A stretch of DNA of 63,982 bases, filler included, from Octopus bimaculoides (Eukaryota): NCBI RefSeq assembly GCF_001194135.2. It is 6 parts of 5 records of this genome, joined end to end, with 100 filler letters (N's around TTAATTAATTAA, not from the genome) between each part and the next. Parts side by side here need not be neighbours in the genome. Positions count along the whole stretch, not along the records: positions 25,360 to 30,347 come from NC_069001.1; positions 30,448 to 39,970 come from NC_068989.1; positions 40,071 to 51,579 come from NC_068981.1; 3 more parts are not named here. One strand, 5' to 3'. Of this stretch, positions 30,044 through 42,555 are shown piece after piece (position 1 is the first letter of the stretch; each line of letters starts with the position of its first letter). A program made the position numbers and the translations under genes. Below the pieces are notes generated by a model. That model had not been told where the DNA came from. It saw nothing but the letters and a program-made list of their open reading frames with translations, and searched no databases.

Positions 30044-30589
30044 TTGTGTGATTGTGTGAATGTCCAGGACTGACCTTAAAGCTATTGTCAGACGGAAAAT
30101 AGATGCATAATCAGCCAGGAAGTGTGACAGGCACACATAGAAATGTTTAGGTAGTTAAATAGATTGACAGACAGGTGGATGCACAGAGAGATAGATGGTT
30201 GGAGGAATGAATAGATGGATAGATGGATAAGTAGGAAGGTGAAGAGGAAAATAGATAGATAGATAGATAGATAGATAGACATGTATTCATATTTATATTA
30301 TGGCACAATGAATTGCAGAAATTAGGGGAAATAAAAGACTACTCAATNNNNNNNNNNNNNNNNNNNNNNNNNNNNNNNNNNNNNNNNNNNNTTAATTAAT
30401 TAANNNNNNNNNNNNNNNNNNNNNNNNNNNNNNNNNNNNNNNNNNNNGGCGTTAGGAAGGGCATCCAGCTGTAGAAACTCTGCCAAATCAGACTGGAGCC
30501 TGGTGTTGCCATCCGGTTTCACCAGTCCTCAGTCAAATCGTCCAACCCATGCTAGCATGGAAAGCGGACGCTAAACGATGATGATGATG

Positions 30590-32790
30590 ATGAAGGGAAA
30601 AGCAGAAAAGAAGAAGTTTGCCAATGTTCAGTGATGTGAGGACCAAAGAACTGAAGTATTCCAGATTGCAAGACAGTGTGTGAGAGAAAATTGTGATGTC
30701 ACAGGAGAGAAATATGTCCGCATGGATGATGGTGCACTTGCTTTTAATGATTCAGAAAAGAAAGAGGCTTGGAGAAGCCATTATGAAAGCTGCTGAATGT
30801 GGAGAATCAATGAGTGGAGGAGAGCCTGCTAAATGTTGACACAGTAGAGGGATCAGCTACCCAAATAGATAGCACCTTATAGCCCAACTAATTAGGGAGA
30901 GAGCCTGCTTAGATGAAATGCAGTTCTGTTTTGTGCCAGGTAGAAGCATCACTGATACTATATTACTGGTATGGCAACTGCAGGAGAAACACTTAGCCAA
31001 ATATAAACCCCTATACTTGGCTTTTGTTGACTTGGAGAAAGCCTTTGACAAGGTCCCCCAATCCCTTATCTGGTGGTCAATGTGGAAACTGGGGATTGAC
31101 GAGTAGTTAATAAGAGCTGTACAAGGATACCATTAGTAAGGTATGGGTTAGCAATGAGTATCATGAAGAATTCCAAGTAGAAGTAGAGGTTCACCAAGGA
31201 TCAGCCCTCAGCCCCCTCTTATTCATCATAGTCCTCCAGGCAATAACAGAGGAATTCAAAACAGGTTACCCCTGGGAGTTCCTCTATGCTGATGACCTTG
31301 CTCTCATAGCGGAATCACTATCAGAACTAGAGAAGAAATTTCAAGTGTGGAAATAAGTTTTAGAATCAAGGGGCCTTAGAGTCAATGTTGCAAAAGCCAA
31401 AGCCCTAGTAAGTAGGAAGGTGAACACATCACAAATCCCTTCAGGTAGATGGCCCTGCACGATCTGTAGAAAAGGTGTAGGTAAAAACTCCATAAGATGT
31501 ACCCAGTGTAAGTTATGGACACATAAGAGGTGCAGCAACATCAAAAGAAGATTAACTGGGAAGACAGCTTTTGTGTGTGGCAGATGTACAGGGGCAATAA
31601 ACACTGCAGATGCTCAGAAAACTGATTCCATTACATGCCAGGGGGAAAAACTAGAAGTAGTTGATAGCTTCCGCTACCAAGGTGACCATGTCTGTAGGGG
31701 GGTGATGCTTGGAGTGCATTGCCACTAGAATAAGAATAGCCTGGGCAAAGTTCAGAAAGCTCTGAACTCTACTGGTGACAAAGGGCCTCTCACTCAGAGT
31801 GAAAGGTAGATTGTATGATGCATGTGTGCAAACTGTCATGCTACACAGCAGTGTAACATGGGCCATGACTGCTGAAGATGTGCATAGGCTTGAAAGAAAT
31901 GAAGCTAGTATGATCCACTGGATGTATAATGCCAGTGTGCACACATGACAGAGTGTAAGCACCCTGAGAGTAATGTTGGAGATAAGAAGCATCAGGTGTG
32001 GTGTGCAAGAGAGATGACTGCACTGGTATGGTCATGTGCTGTGTATGGAGAAGGAAAATTGTGAGAAGTGTCACTCCCTAACAGTGGAAGGAACCCGTGG
32101 AAGAGAGAGACCCAGGAAGACATGGGATGAAGTGGTAAAGCATGGCCTTTGAACATTGAGCCTCACAGAGGCAATGATGAAAGACCAAGACCTCTGGAGA
32201 TATGCTGTGAGTGAGAAGACCTGGCAATTAAAGTGAGATCATAGCCGTAACCTACACCAGTGTCACATAACTATCTCATTTAAAAAGTACCTTTGATTGG
32301 TTGGGTGACATGCTGTGCTTGAGGAGACCTATTGAGTCAAGTAAAATCAAAATCAAAATCAAATCAAATCACAATCAAATGGAAATTGTAGTTGTGGCCA
32401 ATGCCAGTGCCGCCTGACTGGCTCCCGTACTGGTGGCATGCAATAGCCACCATTCATGTGTGGGTCATTGCCAGTGCCACCTGACTGGCTCCCCATGCTG
32501 GTGGCACATAAGAAGTACCATCCGAATGGGGTCGATGCCAGCATGCTCCGACTGGCTCTTGTGGCAGTAGCATGTAAAAAGCACTGCCTGACTGGCTCCC
32601 ATGCCGGTGGCATGTAAAAAGTGCCCACTATACTTTCGGAGTGGTTGGCATTAGGAAGGGCATCCAGGTGTAGAAACATTGCCAGATCATAATGGAGCCT
32701 GGTGCAGCCTCCTGGCTTGCCAGTCCTCAGTCAAACTGCCCAACACATGCCAGCATGGAAAACGGATGTTAAACAATGATGATGATGATG
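30590..32790 (+). mobile_element. Decayed RTE-clade LINE (RT, PHD-like insert, 3' UTR, (GAT)n tail)
   Basis: QFCFVPGRSITD...AFVDLEKAFDKVP; GVHQGSALSPLLF; LYADDL; WPCTIC...CTQCKLWTHKRC...CGRC. Contains stops and frameshifts. The 3' UTR carries ~45-bp tandem units at 32400-32620. Confidence 0.9.
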
Positions 32791-33365
32791 ATATATGTGT
32801 GTATATATACGGATATATATATATGAGTATATATATGTGTGTGTGTATATATATAGATATATATACACATATAAATTAAAATTAATCAAAGGACTTACTA
32901 AGTATGTCTGCCTGCTGGAAATAACAGTCAAAACTCTTATTCAAATCCCCCAAATTACACTGATGATAACTACAGAAATTAACCGAAAGCAGATTAGGTT
33001 AATAAAATCTCTTAACATACATTAACGTCCACATGAGTCCTTATACTTATATGTACGTTAAGATATTTTATTAACCTAATCTGCTTGCAGTTGATTTCTG
33101 TAGTAATCATCAGTGTAATTTTGACAATTTAAATAAAAGTTTTGACTGTTATTTCCAGCAGGCAGACATACTTAGTATGTCCTTTGATTAATTTTAATTT
33201 TAATCCTTCAGCTATTTAATGCTTTTCTTGGCCCTGCAATCGCCTATATTATTAATTCTGTTATTATCATTTTTTAAAATAGTCATTCCAGATGATAACA
33301 AAATTAATAATATCTTAGCAAATTAATTTTCAAGAATTATATTTTTTCTCACAAATTATTTGCCC

Positions 33366-33406
<41 letters not shown>

Positions 33407-33407
<1 letters not shown>

Positions 33408-33520
33408 CTAGCAGAAATACCCGGCTTTGCCCGGGTTAAAGAGAATAATGAAATCTAAAAACGCCGTCTAGACTACGCAACCGTCAACTGTTAGTAGCTA
33501 CGATATCATATTTCTACATT
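33407..33520 (+). mobile_element. Helitron/HINE-like terminus
   Basis: actagcagaaatacccggctttgcccgggt (CTAG + subterminal hairpin) after a (TA)n tract; an inverted relative lies at 35262-35290. Confidence 0.45.
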
Positions 33521-34868
33521 AATAGCTCTCCAATCCATGCCAGCATGGAACATAGACATTAAGTGGAATGCCAGTCTCTCATCTAGGAGGGCCTTGAAAT
33601 CAATGTTACCAACTGGGGACTATGTGTGTCGTAGTGATAATAAAAAGACCCAAAGGAGGTCTGCAACGAAATAATTTTACTCAACACTTTGCAAGTGAAT
33701 CAGTGGAGGCAAAGATGCGTCTCATTTACTTGACAATTTATGCACCACNNNNNNNNNNNNNNNNNNNNNNNNNNNNNNNNNNNNNNNNNNNNNNNNNNNN
33801 NNNNNNNNNNNNNNNNNNNNNNNNNNNNNNNNNNNNNNNNNNNNNNNNNNNNNNNNNNNNNNNNNNNNNNNNNNNNNNNNNNNNNNNNNNNNNNNNNNNN
33901 NNNNNNNNNNNNNNNNNNNNNNNNNNNNNNNNNNNNNNNNNNNNNNNNNNNNNNNNNNNNNNNNNNNNNNNNNNNNNNNNNNNNNNNNNNNNNNNNNNNN
34001 NNNNNNNNNNNNNNNNNNNNNNNNNNNNNNNNNNNNNNNNNNNNNNNNNNNNNNNNNNNNNNNNNNNNNNNNNNNNNNNNNNNNNNNNNNNNNNNNNNNN
34101 NNNNNNNNNNNNNNNNNNNNNNNNNNNNNNNNNNNNNNNNNNNNNNNNNNNNNNNNNNNNNNNNNNNNNNNNNNNNNNNNNNNNNNNNNNNNNNNNNNNN
34201 NNNNNNNNNNNNNNNNNNNNNNNNNNNNNNNNNNNNNNNNNNNNNNNNNNNNNNNNNNNNNNNNNNNNNNNNNNNNNNNNNNNNNNNNNNNNNNNNNNNN
34301 NNNNNNNNNNNNNNNNNNNNNNNNNNNNNNNNNNNNNNNNNNNNNNNNNNNNNNNNNNNNNNNNNNNNNNNNNNNNNNNNNNNNNNNNNNNNNNNNNNNN
34401 NNNNNNNNNNNNNNNNNNNNNNNNNNNNNNNNNNNNNNNNNNNNNNNNNNNNNNNNNNNNNNNNNNNNNNNNNNNNNNNNNNNNNNNNNNNNNNNNNNNN
34501 NNNNNNNNNNNNNNNNNNNNNNNNNNNNNNNNNNNNNNNNNNNNNNNNNNNNNNNNNNNNNNNNNNNNNNNNNNNNNNNNNNNNNNNNNNNNNNNNNNNN
34601 NNNNNNNNNNNNNNNNNNNNNNNNNNNNNNNNNNNNNNNNNNNNNNNNNNNNAAGTAAGGCATCTGTAAAGTTTGAATGAAATTGGTTGCGTAGTTCTCG
34701 AGTTTTAGGGATTCACACAGACAGACAGACAGACAGACACACATTCTCATTTTTATATATATAGATTATAGTCTCAGGCCAACCATAGCCTTGTGAGTGG
34801 ATTTCATACACAGAAACTGAAAGAAGACTGTCATATATACATGTATATTTGTGTGTGTGAGTGTGCAT

Positions 34869-34914
<46 letters not shown>

Positions 34915-35339
34915 ATGTGTGTGTGTCTGTGTGTCTGTATTTGTGCCCCCACCATTGCCTGATAACCGATGTTGCTGTGTTTACATTCTCATAACTTAGC
35001 GGTTCAGCAAAAGACACTGATAGAATAAGTACTAGACTTACAAAGAATAAATCCTGTGATCAATTTTTTCGACCAAAGGCAGTGTTCCAATGGCNNNNNN
35101 NNNNACTTAGCGGTTCAGCAAAAGACACTGATAGAATAAGTACTAGACTTACAAAGAATAAATCCTGTGATCAATTTTTTCGACCAAAGGCAGTGTTCCA
35201 ATGGCTGCAGCCACATGGCTGAAACAAGTAAAACAAAAAAAAAAAAATATGCCATTTTAATCCTGAGTAAGTCCGGGTATCTCTGCTAGTATGCTAGTAT
35301 ATATATATCGCCTTTATTTTTTATATATATGTATATGTT

Positions 35340-38300
35340 TGATTAGTGAGAGAGACGGAAGATGGAAGATATGAGAATGTTTATTGATCACTACAATTGT
35401 TTTGATCCATTGATCCTTCATGGGTGGGATACTGAACTACTGGTTTAGGAGTATCCATTGGTGTAGATGTGATTCTTCAGGTGATTACAAAGTGTATCTC
35501 ATTAAAATAATATCTGTTCTGCAAGTTCTCTCCTTGGTATGTGTATACAAAAGCAGTAAATTAAGGGATACAGCTTCATTATTATAGAAGATCAATAAAA
35601 ATCAGATGCAAAAAGAAGCAAATACATGATGTAGTGAAAAATGTATTAGATATAACCATTACCAGATATGGATACATAAACACCCTTGCTTAGGTTGTAT
35701 GGTGCATGTACACTCACTCGTACAAACTTACACAAAGACATAAGCATACACATGTGTGGTTTGGCATACATATGCTCACACAGTGAATTAAATAGATACT
35801 TTGTATTTATAAGAACGGGGAGGTTACAGTTATTTCATCCATATGGTAAGGTAAATTATGGTTATTAATTTGGTTAACGACTACTCAAATTCATTCTCAC
35901 TGCATTGTGCAAAAGTGCATTTATAAGCATGTAAGCATCTTGACAGTCTTTCAGAAATCTTATTAATGATTTTCTCATTGATCCACAAAATAAACAGGGA
36001 TTCCTCATCTGCATCTCCTGGAAAAGATATTATACAATGGTATGTGCCTTATTACGGACTAAATTATATTATAAATAATTTTATCTCCCTTAAATCACCA
36101 CACAAAATCAGCCAAATATGTTGAATGCCACTTATTGATTTTCTTGAAGCTGGCAACATGGTTATGATAACGATTCATGAATGAATCAGCTGTTGCCCCA
36201 ATGTAAATGTACAGTCCTCCCTTTGTGTGTATGGTGCATTAAAATACAAGATTCATACTCATACAGAGGATCATCAACAGGCATTTTGTTTTTTCTCAGC
36301 AGCAGCATCTATTAGATTTAGTTGCATATGTAGCAGTGCTGACTTCATTTTTTCAACACTTTTACCACATTGACTATATCACTATTGTTGCTACTATCAT
36401 GATGTGGCCACTGGGTATTTTTCATTCTGGTTAGTATTTCCTTTCTTGACATTTTGATGTATATATTTGCTGTCTTTTCTATTTATTGAGCCGGAAGTAG
36501 TTTGCCCATCATAAGTTATAGTTCCAATAGGTGGGTTATTCAACAATTTGTTCATTTTACTGTTATCAATGCATTGTATATGCTGCTCTAAATTAATAGA
36601 GTTAGCATATGACACTGTGTATCTGTTAAAAGTAGCATGGCATCTATTAGATTTAGAGAAACATTTGTCTAAAGTGACAAAAAATTCCCTATCAATCTTC
36701 ATTGAAATGTGAACTGTGGATTGCATTGTATCAAAGGGCATCATGATTCTTATATTTGTTCGTTGGCTTATTTGTTCTGCTGTGTTGTACAGGGTTGGGA
36801 CAATTTATTGTGTTATGAGCAGTAATATGATTGTGTTGTGTATGTCTATGAGTTTTGGTTTGTAGTTTATTGCCTTGACCAATTCTTTTTGACCTGTGGT
36901 TTTGATCTAAGTCTGTTCGCTTATTGTAATATCGCGTTGGTGTGTAATGTGCAGTATTAGTGGAGGAATTGACAGAGTTGTGTATATCTGTGTCTTGTAT
37001 GTATTAAATTTTCTCTCAGTAACCAGCCCTGGCTAAAGCAGTAGTGTAGAATGGTGCATGTGATTCAAAAGCTTCTTTATTAGCAAATAACCTAGATATT
37101 CTTATTGAAATATTCTTAACTAATCCCCGTATTATTGAGTGTGGATAGTTGGATGCTACATTTATGTACTTGATATGATCATTTGGTTTATGAAAGGGTT
37201 CAAATAATCCAGTATCAAGACAGAACGTAGTGTCAAGGAAATGTACTCTACGGTAATCTTTTTCTATAGTAATGTTGAATCCTAAGTTCTTAAATAGGTA
37301 AAGAATTGTTTCCTATGTCTTTCCATTGTACTTTACTACTTCTGTCAAGGAAGAATAGAGCGTCATCCCTAAATAGATTTCCTGTGATTTTCAGAAAGGA
37401 AGACTGGATTAACAAAAGGATATATATTCTGACCAAGTCTGTGACTTGTGCAGAGTTGCATGATCTCATTGCTATATTGAAAGGATTCTCTCTATCTGAC
37501 ATATTCCATAATTTACCATCAAAATCTACTAAAGTGGCTTGCACGGCAAGTATAATGCTTGTTTTACATCAGGACATATCCTGAGTTTTTCTTTCTATAA
37601 ATCTTTAAATCCGGGCATTATTGAAGATGATTGGGCTAATAGTGATATAATAACTCTCTATGTCTAGTAACAATTTACTGGTTTTGTTAATTTCTGCTAT
37701 AGATGCTTAACCCATCTAATTACCTCTTACCAGAAGGCTAATCTAATTTTTGACTTAAGGGTGGGCAATACTCTATCAATGATCTTTTTACTAATTATCC
37801 CTATATCTGATTTAGATGGACAAATCAATCTGAGGGACCATTCAAAAAGTTAGGTTTATGGTCTTTAAGCATAATTTGGGGTTTTCTAGGGACACGAGGC
37901 TTAGTTCTATCATCTATGGCTAATCTCTGGTGATTTGTAATCCTCTACAGCTTATTTCTTTAATGTGTCATTATTAACATGTCTATATTTGCTGTGTAAT
38001 TCCTTCCTAACCATATCCTTATATAACACAATATTAACAATGTAAATGTTACTTGTTTTGTCTGATGATACAAGTATCCCTGGAGCTTATACAAAGCCAT
38101 CAAGTAATTTTCTAATTTCCTGTTGATGCTTATCTTCTAGTGTACTTTTTGAACTCCACATTCGTAACTATATTATAGAGTTCTTCTTCGAAGCTGGTCA
38201 GTGATTCTTTAAAAATCTAAATACTTTTCTTAATAAATCTCCATGCTTTTCACTGCATTCTTTGTATGAATTGGTTGATTTTCTCCAAGAGTTCTCTTGT

Positions 38301-38656
38301 ATAATCCTTCTTACTGGATATAGGTATATTTTCTAGCAAAACATCAAGTATTATTTTTTCCATCTTCGTGGCACACTGCCTTATAATACTTTTCTCCCAG
38401 GAATCGGATAGTGGTTGTAGTTATTAGATAATAAATCATATGGGATACACCTGGTAGCTTACAGGTAAAGCATGTTCACTTTCACAGTGTTCGTTGGGTA
38501 TTTGATTAATGAGAGAGATGGAAGATATAAGAATGTTTATCGGTCACTACAATTGTTTTGACCCAATTAGCATCGATCCCTCATGGGTGAAATACTGAGC
38601 AACTGGTTTAGGAGTATCCGCTGGTGCAGATGTATTTCTTCAGGTGATTACAAGAT

Positions 38657-38658
<2 letters not shown>
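35340..38658 (-). mobile_element. Decayed Penelope-like element bounded by ~155-bp direct repeats
   Basis: RT remnants FNIAMRSCNSAQVTDLVRIYIL (cf. FDVxMGSYDGAEVCELVGLYIL) and LDKCFSKSNRCHATFNRYTVS (cf. LDKHFPKxHxLHKIFNRNTVKVS); direct repeats at 35340-35497 and 38503-38658. Confidence 0.75.
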
Positions 38659-38688
<30 letters not shown>

Positions 38689-38959
38689 TAATAAACACAA
38701 CATATGTATTTATGTGCTATTATTAGTTTAGTTTCATGTGCCGAGAGCATGTCAAACAGTGTTTTTAACATGTCTGGTATCTTAGTACAATCATCAGACA
38801 CTACCCGCATAGTATAATGAACTAAAAATGGGAGAACAGGATGTGAGAAAAAGTGAGAAAAGGAAAGAAAAATGTAGATATAAAAGGTGGAAGGTTGAAA
38901 AACTAGAAAACGAAAAAGAAAACAGACAGAAGCAAAAGGCAGGGTGGATTAGAGTTATT

Positions 38960-39345
38960 TTACCTTAGAACATAAAATATCCTCAGAGCCCACCATATCA
39001 CATGGCGGGGTACTCTATTGAAGGCTTTCTCTAGATCAATGAATGCCAAGTATAATGGTCTATTCTTAGCCAAGTACTCCTCTTGCAGTTGTCTGACTAT
39101 GAAAATAGCATCAGTAGTGCTTCTTCCCTGGACAAAGCTGAACTGCATTTTGTCTAGCCTAATTCTGCTCCTAATTAATTGTGCTATAACTCTCTCTATA
39201 ATTTTCATTGCCTGGTCTAGCAGTTTGATGCCTCCATAATTGCTTCTATATAAAGCACCATCCTTACCCTTATAGCAGCTAACAATTATGCTGTTACACC
39301 AGTCACTGAGTATTACACCTTCCTGAATGACCTGATTAACTATGT
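38960..39345 (-). mobile_element. RTE-clade RT fragment
   Basis: YKGKDGAL...GIKLLDQAMKIIERVI...QFSFVQGRSTTDAIFIVRQLQEEY...AFIDLEKAFNRVP. Confidence 0.85.
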
Positions 39346-39960
39346 GGGTGACTAGCCTCTCGCTAGCTATGTGACACACAAACCCGTGTCCATTATTACC
39401 TTCAAACAAGGGAGGTTAGCAGCTTCCCCTCGCTGGTTTGAAGGTTTAGTTACCTAAATTCAGTGGAATACATCCATTGGAGCTAATCAATGGTAGCATT
39501 CGGCCTATTTCCCTGGACTGCCATGTTAGCTTGGCGATAACTATTAATATGCTGCTGTAGTCTCCTTTAGAGAGATTTAGAAATATTAATATTTCTAATT
39601 TTGAAAACCAGTGGATGTATTTCACTGAATTTAGGTAAATAAACATTCAAACAGATGGTCAGTAGCGACGCCTGCTGGGTTCAGCTACTCCACATCAGTA
39701 AGGGACAACTACCCCAAAACTAGTCTGTGGATGTCAAACCAGCAAGGAGAAGCTACTGACTTCCCCTGTTCGAAGGTTATAATGGACACAGGTTTGTGTG
39801 TCACATAGCTAGCTAGAGGCAATGACCTCTTGGATCTAATCAACAACAGCATTTGTCCTATTTTTCCTGGACTGCCATGTTAGCTTGGCGATAACTATTA
39901 ATATCCAGTACTGCTGCCATAGTCTCTTTTAGAGAGATTTAGAAATATTAATATTTCTAT
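39345..39960 (+). repeat. ~355-bp tandem repeat family containing a hammerhead-like motif (locus 1)
   Basis: ggactgccatgttagcttggcgataac recurs at 39515 and 39869 (period 354); an inverted partial copy lies at 39345-39480; the same family occurs at 49620-50105. Confidence 0.85.
39689..39731 (+). ncRNA. Degenerate type I hammerhead ribozyme motif
   Basis: TCCACA-tcagtaa-GGGA caacta CCCC-aaaa-CTAG-TC-TGTGGA: perfect 6-bp stem I, palindromic stem III and a GUC site, but a mutated core. Confidence 0.55.
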
Positions 39961-41849
39961 TATATATATANNNNNNNNNNNNNNNNNNNNNNNNNNNNNN
40001 NNNNNNNNNNNNNNTTAATTAATTAANNNNNNNNNNNNNNNNNNNNNNNNNNNNNNNNNNNNNNNNNNNNTATATATATATATATCTATATTCAAATGCT
40101 TGTATACATGTGTATGTGCGTGTGTAGGTGTATGCTTGCATACATATCTGTGTTTTTCAGTCGCTAAAGAGTACCATACATATCACGTGAAGTATAACTG
40201 TAATTCTTCCCTTGCTCTCTTCATGTGATAATATTAATTAGTATTACTGTCACAATCATCATAAGTATTTTATTTCTCTTCTTAGTTTTCTAATTTGGAA
40301 TAGGCTAATTTGGTGGGGTCCATAAATGAGCGTTCTTATCAAAGACTTTCAACATATTCAGCACCGAGAAAAATGCTGTATGTTCACAACATGGTAGAAT
40401 GTATATGATGTTTCGAATGTATTTCTGTCTGAACTAATCAGCTTTTACTATATCTGCTCCACAGTGTTGTGATGATGACGATAATGACCATCGCTATGAA
40501 AATGTTGATGAACATGATGCTGGTGGGATTAGTAATTGTGGTGCTGGTGTCAGCAGTGATAGCGGCGGTGCTAGGAAAGGCGATTATAGATGTTGGATTT
40601 AATAATACTGACGTTCGAAACAACTTACATAATCTTGCTTCATTTACATTTATATTGTAAAGCGAATTATGAATACAAAAAGCTGCCAAAACATATATAC
40701 GTATAATTGTATTAATATAGGCCAGGAATACATACCACAAGATTGTGTGATAAATATTCTATCAATATTATATGTATGAATGTGTGTTTACGTGTATATA
40801 NNNNNNNNNNNNNNNNNNNNNNNNNNNNNNNNNNNNNNNNNNNNNNNNNNNNNNNNNNNNNNNNNNNNNNNNNNNNNNNNNNNNNNNNNNNNNNNNNNNN
40901 NNNNNNNNNNNNNNNNATATATATATATATATATATATACCTATACATATATGCCTACATATGTCTGAATGTATATATATTAATATTAATATATATGTAT
41001 ACGTATGTACGTCTCATTTCTCTCCCAAAGAAAATCCAAGAGCACTGCTTTAACGTGTTCAATGAAACTAGTCATACTAATATTTTAGGTTTCCTGGGGC
41101 CTACGGGCATCTGAAAGCATATCAAACTATCGCAGGTCATTAAGCGTTTAGCTCAGGGAATGCAGCCGAACATAAATACGCACATATATGCATACATATA
41201 CGACGGTATTTCATGCCGTGCTCTTCAAACAATTTCACTTATATTGGTCGGTCTGAGGTCATAGTACATAGTACAAGACACTTGGTCAAGGTGACGCACG
41301 GTAGATCTGAATCTCAAACCTTGTTGCTGCAAAATGAGTTCTTAAAAACATTCCTGCCTAATGGATGTGTAAATGGTGCGTTACATTTCCAACGGGGACA
41401 AGCGTTTGAAAACGTGTGGAAAATTGGGAAAACGATACAATAATAGATGAGACAGAACGTTGAAAATTTTTGCGGAGGATTGTAGCGTTACTTTCGCTNN
41501 NNNNNNNNAAAAAAAAGAGGTTCGAAATATAGCGTAAATGTGACTTGTTCTAAAAGTGTGAAAGTCATAGTGAATAAGGAAGTATAAGGATTGAATTTTG
41601 GAAACATTGAGCTATAGTAATCGTTGACATTAGATGAAGTCAATGTAATGAAAACCTATTTACGGGAAATTTCGAGAGAAATATTATACTAAGTTAAAGA
41701 ATATGGAGATTTGTTTGTGCAAAAGATAAATAAATCATTTATAAGTTTTTAATAGTTTAATTGATACTACTACGTTGAAAAGCTAAACAGCAAACCGATT
41801 TTAGCCTCAAGGTTATAGAATTTAAGGTTATAGAATTATTGGTTTCGTT

Positions 41850-42260
41850 TGAAACAATGAAAGGATTAAATTCACTAGAATTATCAATGTTTTGTATTGA
41901 GAATGAACAGAAATTTAAAGTTCTCAATATCAATATTTCAAAACTGAAACGCGGTAGTAAGTTATTTCATGACAATTGTTAAGGTAAACATTAACTGAGA
42001 ATTTGAGGGTGAGACAAATATGTAGAGATATTAAAATAATGTAACAAAAAGTTGTAGATATACTAATTTACAACTTAACGTAGGTATAGTAAATTTCAAT
42101 CTAACAGTCAAGAAACTTTTTAGACCTAAATTTTTATCAAGAAAGCAGATCCCGGTAATAACAAAGAATAACCGGAGAAATTATTTAAAAAGGTATATAT
42201 ACAGAACACAAATTCCGTTAGAGAGTGTTAGCAATCGAAACACTGTGCTATATCCGGGAT
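41850..42260 (+). mobile_element. Possible highly decayed Penelope RT fragment
   Basis: Broken-frame remnants resembling GLYRDD and NFLDxxF-NL motifs (KLFHDNC; NFLDLNF; FNLTVKKLFRP). Confidence 0.3.
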
Positions 42261-42494
42261 AAAACGATAATTGTGTAATTGTTGATATTTGTTCATCTTA
42301 TGGTACTTTATGCGAATATATTTGAATATATTAGATTACATCCACTTAAGGATATTATGAATTTATGACTAAAGCATAAATATATGATATAATATAATGA
42401 TATACAATATCATATTCGATAATATGATACAATATAACTTCATATATATACAATATAATTCCATATGATATAACACCATATATATGTATATATA

Positions 42495-42555
<61 letters not shown>

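Noticed and set aside
32400-32620. CRISPR-like repeat-spacer pattern
   Set aside because: These are degenerate ~45-bp tandem units within an RTE 3' UTR in a eukaryotic genome, with no unique spacers and no cas genes
40438-40740. Hydrophobic ORFs on both strands resembling a membrane peptide
   Set aside because: They derive from degenerate (GAT/GGT)n low-complexity sequence and have no splice or homology support
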